From NCBI GenBank assembly GCA_016234725.1, contig JACRAK010000012.1:10619-74618 (forward strand): a stretch of 64,000 nucleotides of DNA, in the 5' to 3' direction. The first letter of the stretch is position 1. Each line of letters opens with the position of its first letter. This DNA comes from Candidatus Azambacteria bacterium. GTDB lineage: Bacteria > Patescibacteriota > Minisyncoccia > GWC2-36-17 > WO2-46-25. The notes beneath the pieces are model-generated. The model worked only from the letters and a program-made list of their open reading frames with translations, made no database searches and was not told where the DNA came from. The position numbers and the translations under genes are program-made. Below are positions 36,647 through 46,530 of the stretch, piece by piece.

Positions 36647-37314
36647 TGATGGGAAAAGAGAGTCCTTTTTTTTGGATAAACATAGAAGGTACAGATGGAG
36701 TTGGAAAAACAACGATATCCAGAAAACTCCGCGATCATCTACAAGAGCTTTATCCTAACGAGAAATTTATTTTATTTAATGAATTTTCTAATTTTGAAAT
36801 AGGGAAAATAATAAAGCGGGTAATAAAAAAAGAAAAGTTTTTTAAATTAAATTCAAATACTCACTATCCTCTCGCGGAAACACTTATGCTCGTTACTGAT
36901 CTAATGTGTCAATTTGAAGCGGAGGTGTTTAGTAGAAAAAGCAGAAAAAAAGTATATATTATTTCAGATAGAGGCCCCCATTCTTTTTTAACCTATCAAT
37001 TAATAAGGCTAAACGATTTTTATCCGCAAGGGAAGTGGAAAAAATGGGTAGAAGATATATTAAGACCGTTTGGCAGACCAGATCTTTCTATTTTTCTTGT
37101 TTCAGATATTGGTGAAATAAAAAATAGATTGATAAAAAGAGGAGATGATCGAGTATTAGAGGATTTGCAATTTATTACGAAAATACAAAGCTCTTATATA
37201 AATTTAGCAAAAAAAGATAAAAAATCTTTTGTTTTAAAAAATAAAAATAATGCCCTACAGCGAACAGTAGATGATGCTACTCAAATTGTAAAACAATATT
37301 TACTGGGGAAGTGA
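36646..37314 (+). CDS. Thymidylate kinase-like P-loop kinase
   Basis: P-loop IEGTDGVGKTT (Tmk EGxDGxGKTT). Confidence 0.5.
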   Translation: MMGKESPFFWINIEGTDGVGKTTISRKLRDHLQELYPNEKFILFNEFSNFEIGKIIKRVIKKEKFFKLNSNTHYPLAETLMLVTDLMCQFEAEVFSRKSRKKVYIISDRGPHSFLTYQLIRLNDFYPQGKWKKWVEDILRPFGRPDLSIFLVSDIGEIKNRLIKRGDDRVLEDLQFITKIQSSYINLAKKDKKSFVLKNKNNALQRTVDDATQIVKQYLLGK

Positions 37315-37379
37315 TAATTCCATCAAAAAAGCATTTATAAAAGAAACAGCGCAATAATTTTGTTATTGCGCTGTTAAAA

Positions 37380-37841
37380 CTACTCAATCTTAAGGATGAT
37401 GATGGCTTTTCTTTTTCCTCCAACCTTGCCTTCTCTGGCATCGTTAATCATAGCTCCTACTAATAAACGAGCAAGAGGAGCATTGTAAGAAATGGTGTTT
37501 TTTTGATCGTGAAAGATCATAAAACTACCTATCCGGATGGTTTGAATCTTGCCAGTTTCCTCGTCTTGAAATGTTGCGCATTTCCCGATACTTACTTTTT
37601 CACTGCTTGTTTCCGGTGATACTACTTTTGCATTATTTCTTATCTTGATAAGTTCACGTAGCCTTGAAGACCACATGTATTGCTGACGCTCCCCATCCTC
37701 AAAAGCAAAATTATCATGGAATGTCTCCGCTCCTTCCTGACAGCTTTTCCCCATTTCTTGTCCTATTTCTTTTATCTTATCGCAAATTTGCTCGATTTGC
37801 TTATCTAAACCCTCAAAATCTTCTTTCAAAAAAAAGTACAT
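37380..37841 (-). CDS. Transcription elongation factor GreA/GreB family
   Basis: Coiled-coil N-term; C-terminal …ISYNAPLARLLVG (GreA SPLGxALLG). Confidence 0.65.
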   Translation of the reverse strand: MYFFLKEDFEGLDKQIEQICDKIKEIGQEMGKSCQEGAETFHDNFAFEDGERQQYMWSSRLRELIKIRNNAKVVSPETSSEKVSIGKCATFQDEETGKIQTIRIGSFMIFHDQKNTISYNAPLARLLVGAMINDAREGKVGGKRKAIIILKIE

Positions 37842-37957
37842 GATCGCCTCCTTTATGTGTGACTAATTTTTTAAAGATCGTCTTACGTGCTACAATACCC
37901 CCAAACACCGAGGTCTGTCAATCATTAAAAACTGGAAAAGTTTATTAATACATCATT

Positions 37958-38082
37958 TCATCGTAAAAAAGATCATGGAAGCTCATGGCGGCACCGTGTG
38001 GGCGGAATCGGAAGGCGAAGGCAAGGGCTCGCAGTTTTATGTTTCCATCCCGCTTGCGGCAGTGCAGACGGTGGTGAAGTAA
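37958..38082 (+). pseudogene. Duplicated 3'-terminal fragment of the histidine kinase gene (copy of 33775-33882)
   Basis: about 97% nt identity to the HK C-terminal coding end (…MEAHGGTVWAESEGEGKGSQFYVSIP…); GC-rich island in AT-rich surroundings. Confidence 0.7.
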
Positions 38083-38117
38083 TAAAGGAGCACATGAAGT
38101 AATGAGGTCGTAGCAAA

Positions 38118-38588
38118 ATGCACTCCTTTAAAGTATTATTCAAATATATGATTGAACAAAAAACTCATTTAGGTATTTATGGCGTGATACAGAGTGACAA
38201 TAATATTCTCTTAATAAAAAAGTCTCGCGGACCCTATAAGGGGAAGTTTGATTTGCCCGGCGGAAAGTTAGAACATGGAGAGGGTTTGTGTGATGGATTA
38301 GCGAGGGAGATCAATGAAGAAACGGGGCTCACAGCAAAGGATTTTAAATTGTACGATAACTACAGTGTTACCGTTGATTTTAACGATGGGAAAAAAGAAA
38401 TTAGTATGTATCATGTTGGGCTGATATATTTAGTTATCGTGGCGAGTATAGACGATATAAAAGAAACCACAGATGAAGAGGACTCATTGGGCTCGTTTTG
38501 GCATACAATTGCGAATTTAGATGTTGAACAACTTTCTCCTTTTGCAAAAATGGCGGTTAAGACTATAAGAAATGAACCGCAGAAATAA
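38118..38588 (+). CDS. NUDIX hydrolase
   Basis: Nudix box GGKLEHGEGLCDGLAREINEETGL. Confidence 0.65.
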   Translation: MHSFKVLFKYMIEQKTHLGIYGVIQSDNNILLIKKSRGPYKGKFDLPGGKLEHGEGLCDGLAREINEETGLTAKDFKLYDNYSVTVDFNDGKKEISMYHVGLIYLVIVASIDDIKETTDEEDSLGSFWHTIANLDVEQLSPFAKMAVKTIRNEPQK

Positions 38589-38606
38589 AAACGACTACAT
38601 AATTTT

Positions 38607-39158
38607 ATGAGTGATGTATCGCATACAATACATAAACCGTATCAATCTTTTTGGGTAGAGAAGTTCGAAGAAGAGAAGATAATGCTGAAGGAAATATTTG
38701 GCGATAAAACCATTGCTATTGAGCATATAGGAAGCACTTCAATCCCAGGGCTTTTATCGAAGCCGATAGTTGATATTGCGGTGATGATCGAGAATCCGGA
38801 AGACGCGGACTCCTTTACTGAACCTCTTGTTAATCTAGGATATAGATTTCATTCATCAAGCACCGAAAGATATTTCTATACCAAAGGCACTCCCATTGAA
38901 TATCATGTATCGATAGCGTATGCAGACCGAGGAGGTTTTTGGCCTCGGCAGATCTTGTTTCGAGATTATTTACGGACCAATCCGGAAGCTCGGGATGAGT
39001 ATGCAAGATTGAAAGAAAGATTGTTGCAGAAAGATCCGACCGGGAAAGGCGAATACTTGAGCGGCAAAACCGAATTTGTTCAAAAAATATTAGAAAGAGC
39101 GGGGTGGAAAGAGGGTCAGACATACAGAACAATGCTTCCTTTGCAAAAGAGGGTATAA
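38607..39158 (+). CDS. GrpB/UPF0157 family protein
   Basis: …IEHIGSTSIPGLLSKPIVDIAVMIE… signature. Confidence 0.55.
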   Translation: MSDVSHTIHKPYQSFWVEKFEEEKIMLKEIFGDKTIAIEHIGSTSIPGLLSKPIVDIAVMIENPEDADSFTEPLVNLGYRFHSSSTERYFYTKGTPIEYHVSIAYADRGGFWPRQILFRDYLRTNPEARDEYARLKERLLQKDPTGKGEYLSGKTEFVQKILERAGWKEGQTYRTMLPLQKRV

Positions 39159-39169
39159 TAAGGTAGATT

Positions 39170-41035
39170 TTGAGTATGAATATCTACCGGAAAATCGCGG
39201 ATGCGATGCAGGATCCATCTGTTTCTGCATTTGTTGAAGAAGAAAAGATCGGGCTTGCGGAGGTAAAGCATATAAAAGAAGCCATATCCCAAAAAGAGAA
39301 GCAGGAGGAGTTTTTGGATTTACCGGAAGGCGAGGATGCATATCCGTTTCTTACATATAAACATTCTATTAGGGATTTTCTAAGAGGGGAGTATGGATTT
39401 GATGAATTAGCGGAGGTGCCGAAAGGGGTGGATGCGGATTTCGCAATCCCGTGTTTTTCTATTGCGATGATAAAGGGAATAAAACCACAGGAGGCGGCGA
39501 TAGAAATTGCGGAAGCGATAAAAAAAGAATGTGCATTCATTGAGCGCGCGGAGGTTACCGGCGGATATGTGAATATATATGTAGACGCAAAAGCACTGGG
39601 GCAGGAAACGATAGTTTCGGTGGAAACGCTGAAGGAGCACTATGGCGCGTCTCGTGCGGGAAAGCGGGCGAAGGTGGTTATCGAATATTCCTCTCCGAAT
39701 GCGGCAAAGCCGATGAGCGTGGGGCATTTGCGCTCGACCATTATCGGCGAGTCGCTGAAAAAGATATATGAGGCGCAAGGATTTACAGTGATCGGCATCG
39801 ATCATGTCGGTGATTTTGGCACGCAATTTGGGAAATTGCTGTATGCGATATCGCAATGGAAAGATGACGATGCATTTGCGAAAGAGCCGGTGAAAGAAAT
39901 GCTGCGGTTGTATGTGAAATTCCATGAAGAAGCAAAGAGCGATCCCACGCTTGAAGATAAGGGAAGGGAAATGTTTCAGAAGCTGGAGGCGGGAGATGCC
40001 AAGCTTGCGCGCCAGTGGGCGGATCTGTGTGCGGTGAGCGCGGATGATTTTGAAAAGATCTATGCGATGCTCGGGGTGAAGATCGATCTTCTGCTCGGGG
40101 AAAGCTTTTATCAAAGCAGAATACCCGATGTGATCGCGCGGTGTTTGGAAAAAAATATCGCGGTGAAAAATGAAGACGGTTCGGTGGCGGTGAATTTTGC
40201 GGATGAAGAATTTCCGTCGTTTCTGCTTGCGAAAAAAGACGGGTCGTCGTTGTATGCGGCGCGCGATATTGCGGCGGCTGAATTCCGGCTTGAGCAGTTT
40301 GATCCCGTAAAGATCATCTATGTGGTGGGCGGGGAGCAAACGCTCCACTTTAGACAAGTATTTAAAACACTCGGACTCCTCGGGCATGATGCGGGAAAAT
40401 TCACGCACGACAGCTTCGGGCTTGTGTCGCTGCCGGAAGGGAAGATGTCGACGCGAGAAGGACGCGTGATATTTTTGGAAGATCTGATCAACGAATCAAT
40501 CGAGCGCGCGAGGAAGATCGTGGCCGAAAAAAACCCTGAGCTGACAGATGCGGAAAAGAAGGAGATCGCGGAAGCGGTGGGTATCGGCGCTATCATCTAC
40601 AATGATCTTTCGCAAAGCAGAGAAAAGAATATTCAATTCACGTGGGATCGGGCGCTCAGCATGGAAGGAAACAGTGCGCCGTATCTGCAGTATGCCTATG
40701 CACGCGCGATGAGTATTGTAAAGAAAGCGGGCGATGTTCCTGTATTTGTAAAAGAGCATATCGTTATCGAAGCGGAGCAGGAGCAAAAACTGGTGCGCAT
40801 GATCGCGCGGCTTCCCGAGGCGGTACAGCATGCGCAGGTGGCAGGCGCCCCGCATATCGTGGCGACATATCTCAATGCGCTCGTGCAGGAATTCAGCCGG
40901 TTTTATAACGAGTGCCCGGTGCTTACCGCAGAGGGCGCGACGAGGGAAACACGGCTTCACCTTGTGCGCGCGACCGCGCAGGTGATCAAAAATGGACTTT
41001 TCTTATTAGGAATCCGCACACTCGATCGGATGTGA
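39170..41035 (+). CDS. argS: Arginine--tRNA ligase
   Basis: Class I ArgRS: SSPNAAKPMSVGHLRSTIIG, DALR anticodon-binding C-term. Confidence 0.9.
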   Translation: MSMNIYRKIADAMQDPSVSAFVEEEKIGLAEVKHIKEAISQKEKQEEFLDLPEGEDAYPFLTYKHSIRDFLRGEYGFDELAEVPKGVDADFAIPCFSIAMIKGIKPQEAAIEIAEAIKKECAFIERAEVTGGYVNIYVDAKALGQETIVSVETLKEHYGASRAGKRAKVVIEYSSPNAAKPMSVGHLRSTIIGESLKKIYEAQGFTVIGIDHVGDFGTQFGKLLYAISQWKDDDAFAKEPVKEMLRLYVKFHEEAKSDPTLEDKGREMFQKLEAGDAKLARQWADLCAVSADDFEKIYAMLGVKIDLLLGESFYQSRIPDVIARCLEKNIAVKNEDGSVAVNFADEEFPSFLLAKKDGSSLYAARDIAAAEFRLEQFDPVKIIYVVGGEQTLHFRQVFKTLGLLGHDAGKFTHDSFGLVSLPEGKMSTREGRVIFLEDLINESIERARKIVAEKNPELTDAEKKEIAEAVGIGAIIYNDLSQSREKNIQFTWDRALSMEGNSAPYLQYAYARAMSIVKKAGDVPVFVKEHIVIEAEQEQKLVRMIARLPEAVQHAQVAGAPHIVATYLNALVQEFSRFYNECPVLTAEGATRETRLHLVRATAQVIKNGLFLLGIRTLDRM

Positions 41036-41151
41036 TACAATATATAGAGGAATAAAGCACCTTTTTATCCTTTTCTCATCCGTTCACGCCTTCCATATTA
41101 TGCAAAAACAGGAAGGCTCCACTTCGGTTAAGAATCGGAAAGAATAAAAAG

Positions 41152-41622
41152 GTGCTTAACGTCGCTAAAAACACAGTGAATATCATAATCACCAAAAGCG
41201 CGGAGGAGACGAAGGCCGTGGCGAAGCTGTTCGCCGAGATGATCGCGCAGGAAAGGACGGCACAAGGCGCAGTGGTGGTGGCGCTTGAGGGTTCGCTCGG
41301 CGCAGGGAAGACCACGTTCGCGCAGGGGTTTGCTGAAGGGCTTGGCGTGAAAGAGAAAGTGAAGAGCCCGACATTCGTGCTCGTGCATGCGCACGCGCTG
41401 AAAAAGAAGATGCGGTTTAAGAATTTTTATCACGCTGATTGTTATCGTCTTGAGAGTGAAAAGGATGTGAGCGCGATCGGGCTTGATGAGGCGATGCGAG
41501 ACCCCGAGAATATCGTACTGGTGGAGTGGGCGCGGCGCATCAAAAAAGCGATGCCGAAAGATACGATACGTGTGACATTTAAATATATCAATGAACAAAC
41601 AAGAAAGATTAATTTTAATTGA
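41152..41622 (+). CDS. tsaE: tRNA threonylcarbamoyladenosine biosynthesis protein TsaE
   Basis: P-loop ALEGSLGAGKTTFAQG, about 155 aa. Confidence 0.75.
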   Translation: MLNVAKNTVNIIITKSAEETKAVAKLFAEMIAQERTAQGAVVVALEGSLGAGKTTFAQGFAEGLGVKEKVKSPTFVLVHAHALKKKMRFKNFYHADCYRLESEKDVSAIGLDEAMRDPENIVLVEWARRIKKAMPKDTIRVTFKYINEQTRKINFN

Positions 41623-44134
41623 CGGAAACGCGCTCGTGCACCGCGCGTTTCACGCATTGCCGCCGCTCTCCCACGAAGGAGAGCCGACGAATGCCGTGTA
41701 TGGATTTACGAGCGTTTTGCTTAAGGTACTCCGCGAGCTGAAGCCCGATTACGTCATTGCGACGTTCGACTTGGCCGCGCCGACATTCCGCCATGAGGAA
41801 TTCGCCGAATACAAGGCGCACCGACCCAAGACCGCTGATGACCTCGTGGTGCAATTCCCGAAAGTGAAAGATATGGTGCGCGCATTTGATATTCCTATTT
41901 TTGAAAAAGAAGGTTTTGAAGCGGACGATCTTATCGGCACGATCGCTTTGCTTGCAAAACAGCACACGCCGCGGGTGAAAACCATTATTATCACCGGCGA
42001 TCTTGACACGCTCCAGCTCGTTGATGACGACACCGAGGTGTATACGCTCAAAAAAGGAATTTCAGATACGGTGGTGTATGATGAAAAAGCTGTGCGGGAG
42101 CGGTTTGGCATCGCGCCGTCGCAGATGAATGATTTCAAAGGGCTCAAAGGAGACCCGTCGGACAATATTCCCGGCGTGCCGGGCGTGGGGGAAAAGACCG
42201 CAACGCAACTATTGCAAGAGTACGGCTCGCTTGAAAATATATATGAAAACATCGGCGTGATGCCCGAAAAGGTGCGGGCAAAAATAGAGCCGTTCAAAGA
42301 CCAGGCGTTCTTTTCCAAAAGTTTGGCGACCATCAAGCGCGATGTGCCGATAGAGCTCGATATGGAAAAAGCGAAGTTCGGCGGGTATGACCAAGCAGGA
42401 ATAGAAGAAACGCTGAGAAAATACGGATTTGCAAGCTTGATCCCGCGGCTGGCGCTGCATCGAGCGCACCACGAAGAGATGGCGGTGAGCGGGCAAGCGC
42501 CGACGACAGTAGGGAGCGGGGACATCGGCAAGCTGGGCAAAGAAAAAATGATCGCATGCGCATGGGACGGCGCGCACGCGCAGGTAGCGACACAGGGCGG
42601 CGCGATATATCAGTGCGCGTTCGCAGACATAAAAAGCGTGCTTGAAGACGAGCGCGTGAAAAAGATCTGCTACGACAGCAAGCAGTTTATCAAAGCGTGC
42701 CGGAAAAAAGGCGTCGCGCCGCGCGGCATCGAGTTTGATATCATGCTCGCGGCGTATCTGTTGGCGCCGGGGGAGCGGGGGTATCCGCTTGAGCATATCG
42801 CCCATAAAGAAGATGTCGCCGCGCGGCCGCCGCTTTCTTTTTTTGCGCTGCGGGAGAAGCTGGACGACACATTGCGCGCAGAAGGGCTTGTGAAAGTGAT
42901 GTATGAAATAGAAATGCCGCTTGTGCCGGTGCTTGCCGAGATGGAGCGGGTGGGCGTGAAAATAGATGTGCGGGCGCTTGAGACGCTTTCTTTGCATCTT
43001 GAACAGGAAAAAAACGAGGCGACACAGCGCATTTTTGCGCACGCAGGGGAGGAGTTCAACCCTGATTCGCCCGCCCAGCTTTCAAAGATATTATTTGAAA
43101 AACTGAACATTGCGCTTCCGGCGCGCGCAAAGCGCGTGAAGTCGGGCCTTTACAGCACCAAGGCGGATGAGCTTGAAAAGATACGGGACGCGCACCCGCT
43201 TGTGGGCGAGATCATTCGGTATCGCGAAGTGGCGAAACTGAAAAGCACCTACGCGGACGCGTTGCGCGAAGCGGTGCATCCCGACACGGGACGAATACAC
43301 ACCATTTTTAACCAGACCGGCACGGCAACAGGGCGGCTGTCTTCATCGGACCCGAATATGCAGAACATTCCCCAGCGCGGGGAGTTTGCCGACGCCGTAC
43401 GTTCCGCGTTCGTTGCCGATGAGGGCTTCAGCTTTGTCGCGCTGGATTTTTCACAGATCGAATTGCGCATCATCGCGTCGCTTTCGGGCGATGAGAAAAT
43501 GATCCACATCTTTGAATCGGGCGGGGATATTCACCGAGCGACCGCCGCGGAGGTGAATCACGTGCCGCTTGAAGCTGTGACGAAAGAAATGCGCAACAGC
43601 GCAAAAGCGCTCAATTTCGGGATACTGTACGGGATGGGCCAGCGCGCATTTGCACAGACCGCGGGCATTGATATCAAGACCGCAAAACAATTCATCGAAG
43701 AATATTTCAAGAATTTTACCGGCGTTGCCGCATTTATAGAAAAAACAAAGGAACACGCAAAGAAATACGGTTTTGCGCAGACGCTTACGGGGCGGAAGCG
43801 GTGGCTGCCCGAGATACGCTCGCAAAACCCGATGATCCGCAACGGCGCCGAGCGCATGGCGCAGAACATGCCGACACAGGGCCTGCAGGCCGACATCATC
43901 AAGCTCGCGATGATACGCATTGCGCGTGAGGTGCTTGCGCCGCGGCACACTGACGATGTGCGCTTGCTGCTGCAGATACACGACGAATTAATTTTTGAGG
44001 TGAAGGATGATATAATCAAGGAGGTCGTGCCGATACTCCGGCACATCATGGAGTCCGTGTTTCCTTTGCGCGTGCCTATCCGTGTCGATGTGCACGCGGG
44101 CAAGCGGTGGGGGGCTCTTCACCCGTTTCTCTAA
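41591..44134 (+). CDS. polA: DNA polymerase I (5'-3' exonuclease + family A polymerase, Taq-like length)
   Basis: N-terminal LILIDGNALVHRAFHAL; motifs A/B/C (…DYSQIELR…, RRSAKAINFGIIYG-like, …HDE…). Confidence 0.9.
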   Translation: MNKQERLILIDGNALVHRAFHALPPLSHEGEPTNAVYGFTSVLLKVLRELKPDYVIATFDLAAPTFRHEEFAEYKAHRPKTADDLVVQFPKVKDMVRAFDIPIFEKEGFEADDLIGTIALLAKQHTPRVKTIIITGDLDTLQLVDDDTEVYTLKKGISDTVVYDEKAVRERFGIAPSQMNDFKGLKGDPSDNIPGVPGVGEKTATQLLQEYGSLENIYENIGVMPEKVRAKIEPFKDQAFFSKSLATIKRDVPIELDMEKAKFGGYDQAGIEETLRKYGFASLIPRLALHRAHHEEMAVSGQAPTTVGSGDIGKLGKEKMIACAWDGAHAQVATQGGAIYQCAFADIKSVLEDERVKKICYDSKQFIKACRKKGVAPRGIEFDIMLAAYLLAPGERGYPLEHIAHKEDVAARPPLSFFALREKLDDTLRAEGLVKVMYEIEMPLVPVLAEMERVGVKIDVRALETLSLHLEQEKNEATQRIFAHAGEEFNPDSPAQLSKILFEKLNIALPARAKRVKSGLYSTKADELEKIRDAHPLVGEIIRYREVAKLKSTYADALREAVHPDTGRIHTIFNQTGTATGRLSSSDPNMQNIPQRGEFADAVRSAFVADEGFSFVALDFSQIELRIIASLSGDEKMIHIFESGGDIHRATAAEVNHVPLEAVTKEMRNSAKALNFGILYGMGQRAFAQTAGIDIKTAKQFIEEYFKNFTGVAAFIEKTKEHAKKYGFAQTLTGRKRWLPEIRSQNPMIRNGAERMAQNMPTQGLQADIIKLAMIRIAREVLAPRHTDDVRLLLQIHDELIFEVKDDIIKEVVPILRHIMESVFPLRVPIRVDVHAGKRWGALHPFL

Positions 44135-44135
44135 C

Positions 44136-46268
44136 ATGGCGCTTTTCACTCACCACGATAAAAAAACAGCGGCACGGGAAACGCCAAGCGCGTTTCCCGT
44201 GTGGCGGACGGTGGCCGTCGGCTTGGTCGTCGTCGTGGCTTTTAATATCTTTTGGCTTGTTCCCGCGCTTCGCGACATGGAAGACAGGGTGCTTGCTCAT
44301 TTGCTTGAAACAGCGGAGAAGATCGAGATCGAAGCGAAAGAGATCGTTATCAGTCATCCAAAAAACCAGATCGATGAGCTTGCGCTCTTTGTGCTGCAAA
44401 AGCTGCGCGGCAATGTGACGCTCGATACGTTCGACGCGGGAGAGATCACGGCATTCTTGCAGGACAGGAACGAGGTGGTCGAGGTGTTTATCATCGATGC
44501 ATCAGGCATGGAAAAGGCGCGCGTATCGCATGGAAGAGTATTTGCGCCGCACGAACTCCGCAATGTCGCGGGAAGCGATTATTTTATCGAAGCACTCAAC
44601 GGGGGGTTTACCGCCCGCGCGTATCATTTGCCGCAGAAAGGCATTCCAAACATTCTCGCGTATGAACGCGTTGATGTGCCCGACCTCGGCACGTTCGTGT
44701 TCGGCGTGAATGTCGACATCCGCGATCGGCTGGAAGGGTTTTCGCAGAAGATCATGGAGGAAGAAGGGGAGCGCGTGTATATCGCCGATGATACCGGCGC
44801 GATCATCGACCACTATGCCCCGGAGCGGGTCGGCAATTCTTTGCTGCAGCTGGATTTCGTGAAGAAGGTGTTTGACGAGAGGGGAGGGGAAAAATATACG
44901 TATCAGTCCGGCGCGTATACCGACCGATCCGGCGAGAAAATGCAGGCGGTCGCGCTGTTGTTCGAGCCGATAAATTTCGTGATCGTTGCCGAAGAAGAAT
45001 ACGGGGAAGTGTGGCAAACATGGAACAAATTTCTCTTTTTTGCCATTGCGGGCCTGATCCTTTTTGTGCTGCTCGCGCTTGTGCTGACGCGGAGCACGCT
45101 TCGCGCGGTTGATTTTTCAAATCAGCTCATACGGGAAAAAGGAAGAACGGAGTCGGTGATCGCAAATCTCGAAACAGGCATCATCGAGTACAGCCCTGAT
45201 TTCCTCGTAACGCTTATGAATCCGAAAGCAGAGCAGATCCTCGGCGTTACAAAAGAAGATGCGCTCGGAGCCATTATCCATCCGAACATTATCCATAAAA
45301 ATCCGGCGCTCACGTCTCTGGCGCAGGTGCTGTACCCCATTCTCGCCGAGAACGTGCGGAAGGTCCGCCTTCAAAAAGGGATGCCTGATATCATTGAAAT
45401 GAGGTTGAGCAGGCCTTCCGAGATCGAGCTGCAGATCTCCACCATCCCTATTCGCGACGAGAAGAATAGCGTGGTGCGGTATTTGAAGGTGCTTCGCGAC
45501 GTATCGCGCGAGCAGGCGATCGCAAAGTCGAAGTCGGAATTCATTTCCGTTGCGGCGCATCAGCTGCGCACGCCGCTGTCGGCGATCAAGTGGGTCATGA
45601 AGCTCATGCTGGACCAGGACGCGGGGCCGATCACCCCTGAACAAAAAGACCTGTTGACGAAAGGGTATGAGTCCAATGAGCGGATGATCGAGCTGGTGAC
45701 CGACATGCTTGATGTTGCGCGCATTGAAGAAGGGAAGTTCGGATTTTCCTTTCAGCATACGAACCTCATCGCGCTGGTCCAGAAAGCGATGGATGCGTTC
45801 GTCGTAAAGGCGAAAGAAAAGAACATCATGCTCGTGTTTGAAAAGCCGGAAACGGCCTATTCGCTCAAGATCGATGCCGCGCGCATCGAGCTGGTGCTGC
45901 AGAATTTCATCGATAACGCGCTCAAATACACCCCCAATGACGGAACGATCACGGTAAGCATCACGGCAACCGGGAGATATGTAAAGATAAGCATTCGGGA
46001 CACGGGCATCGGCGTGCCCAAGGAGCAGGCGGTGCGCCTGTTCACGAAATTCTTCCGCGGGACGAACGCGGTGAAACGGCAAACGGAGGGAAGCGGGCTC
46101 GGGCTGTTTTTGGCAAAGAACATCGTGATGCGCCATGGGGGGAATGTTTCCGTGGAAACGGAAGAAGGGAAGGGCTCGGCATTCTCCTTTACATTGCCGC
46201 TGGACGAAGATAAGATTCCCGGAGAAGAGGGCAAGAACGAGGAATTCGTAAACGGACTCTCCACATGA
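44136..46268 (+). CDS. Sensor histidine kinase (TM/extracytoplasmic region, PAS, HisKA, HATPase_c)
   Basis: H-box AAHQLRTPLSAIKW; G-boxes; start placed just after polA stop. Confidence 0.75.
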   Translation: MALFTHHDKKTAARETPSAFPVWRTVAVGLVVVVAFNIFWLVPALRDMEDRVLAHLLETAEKIEIEAKEIVISHPKNQIDELALFVLQKLRGNVTLDTFDAGEITAFLQDRNEVVEVFIIDASGMEKARVSHGRVFAPHELRNVAGSDYFIEALNGGFTARAYHLPQKGIPNILAYERVDVPDLGTFVFGVNVDIRDRLEGFSQKIMEEEGERVYIADDTGAIIDHYAPERVGNSLLQLDFVKKVFDERGGEKYTYQSGAYTDRSGEKMQAVALLFEPINFVIVAEEEYGEVWQTWNKFLFFAIAGLILFVLLALVLTRSTLRAVDFSNQLIREKGRTESVIANLETGIIEYSPDFLVTLMNPKAEQILGVTKEDALGAIIHPNIIHKNPALTSLAQVLYPILAENVRKVRLQKGMPDIIEMRLSRPSEIELQISTIPIRDEKNSVVRYLKVLRDVSREQAIAKSKSEFISVAAHQLRTPLSAIKWVMKLMLDQDAGPITPEQKDLLTKGYESNERMIELVTDMLDVARIEEGKFGFSFQHTNLIALVQKAMDAFVVKAKEKNIMLVFEKPETAYSLKIDAARIELVLQNFIDNALKYTPNDGTITVSITATGRYVKISIRDTGIGVPKEQAVRLFTKFFRGTNAVKRQTEGSGLGLFLAKNIVMRHGGNVSVETEEGKGSAFSFTLPLDEDKIPGEEGKNEEFVNGLST

Positions 46269-46516
46269 AAAAGAACGTAAAAAAGAAGGCGACAGCGATC
46301 ACCAAGGACGCGGTCATCGCCGACGTGGTGCGCAAACACCCGGAAGCCATTCCCGTCTTTTTGCGGTATGGGCTTCACTGCGTGGGGTGCGCGATGGCGC
46401 AATTTGATACGATCGCATCCGGCGCGCGTTCGCACGGCGTGAATCCCGAGTATATCGTGAAAGATCTTAATGCGCATATTGCGGCGATGCGGCGCGCGGA
46501 CCGGAAAAAGAAATAA
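46265..46516 (+). CDS. DUF1858-like small redox/disulfide-domain protein
   Basis: 83 aa with LHCVGCAMA CxxC. Confidence 0.4.
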   Translation: MKKNVKKKATAITKDAVIADVVRKHPEAIPVFLRYGLHCVGCAMAQFDTIASGARSHGVNPEYIVKDLNAHIAAMRRADRKKK

Positions 46517-46530
46517 TTTCTTGCACACAT

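Noticed and set aside
41059-41154. 12-bp inverted repeat aaagcaccttttt / aaaaaggtgctt flanking the argS-tsaE spacer
   Set aside because: Probably a simple terminator/antiterminator pair; not distinctive enough to call.
42209-43981. Long antisense ORFs inside polA (for example 42209-43042, 43451-43981)
   Set aside because: Antisense to a conserved polymerase gene in a GC-rich region; typical spurious frames.
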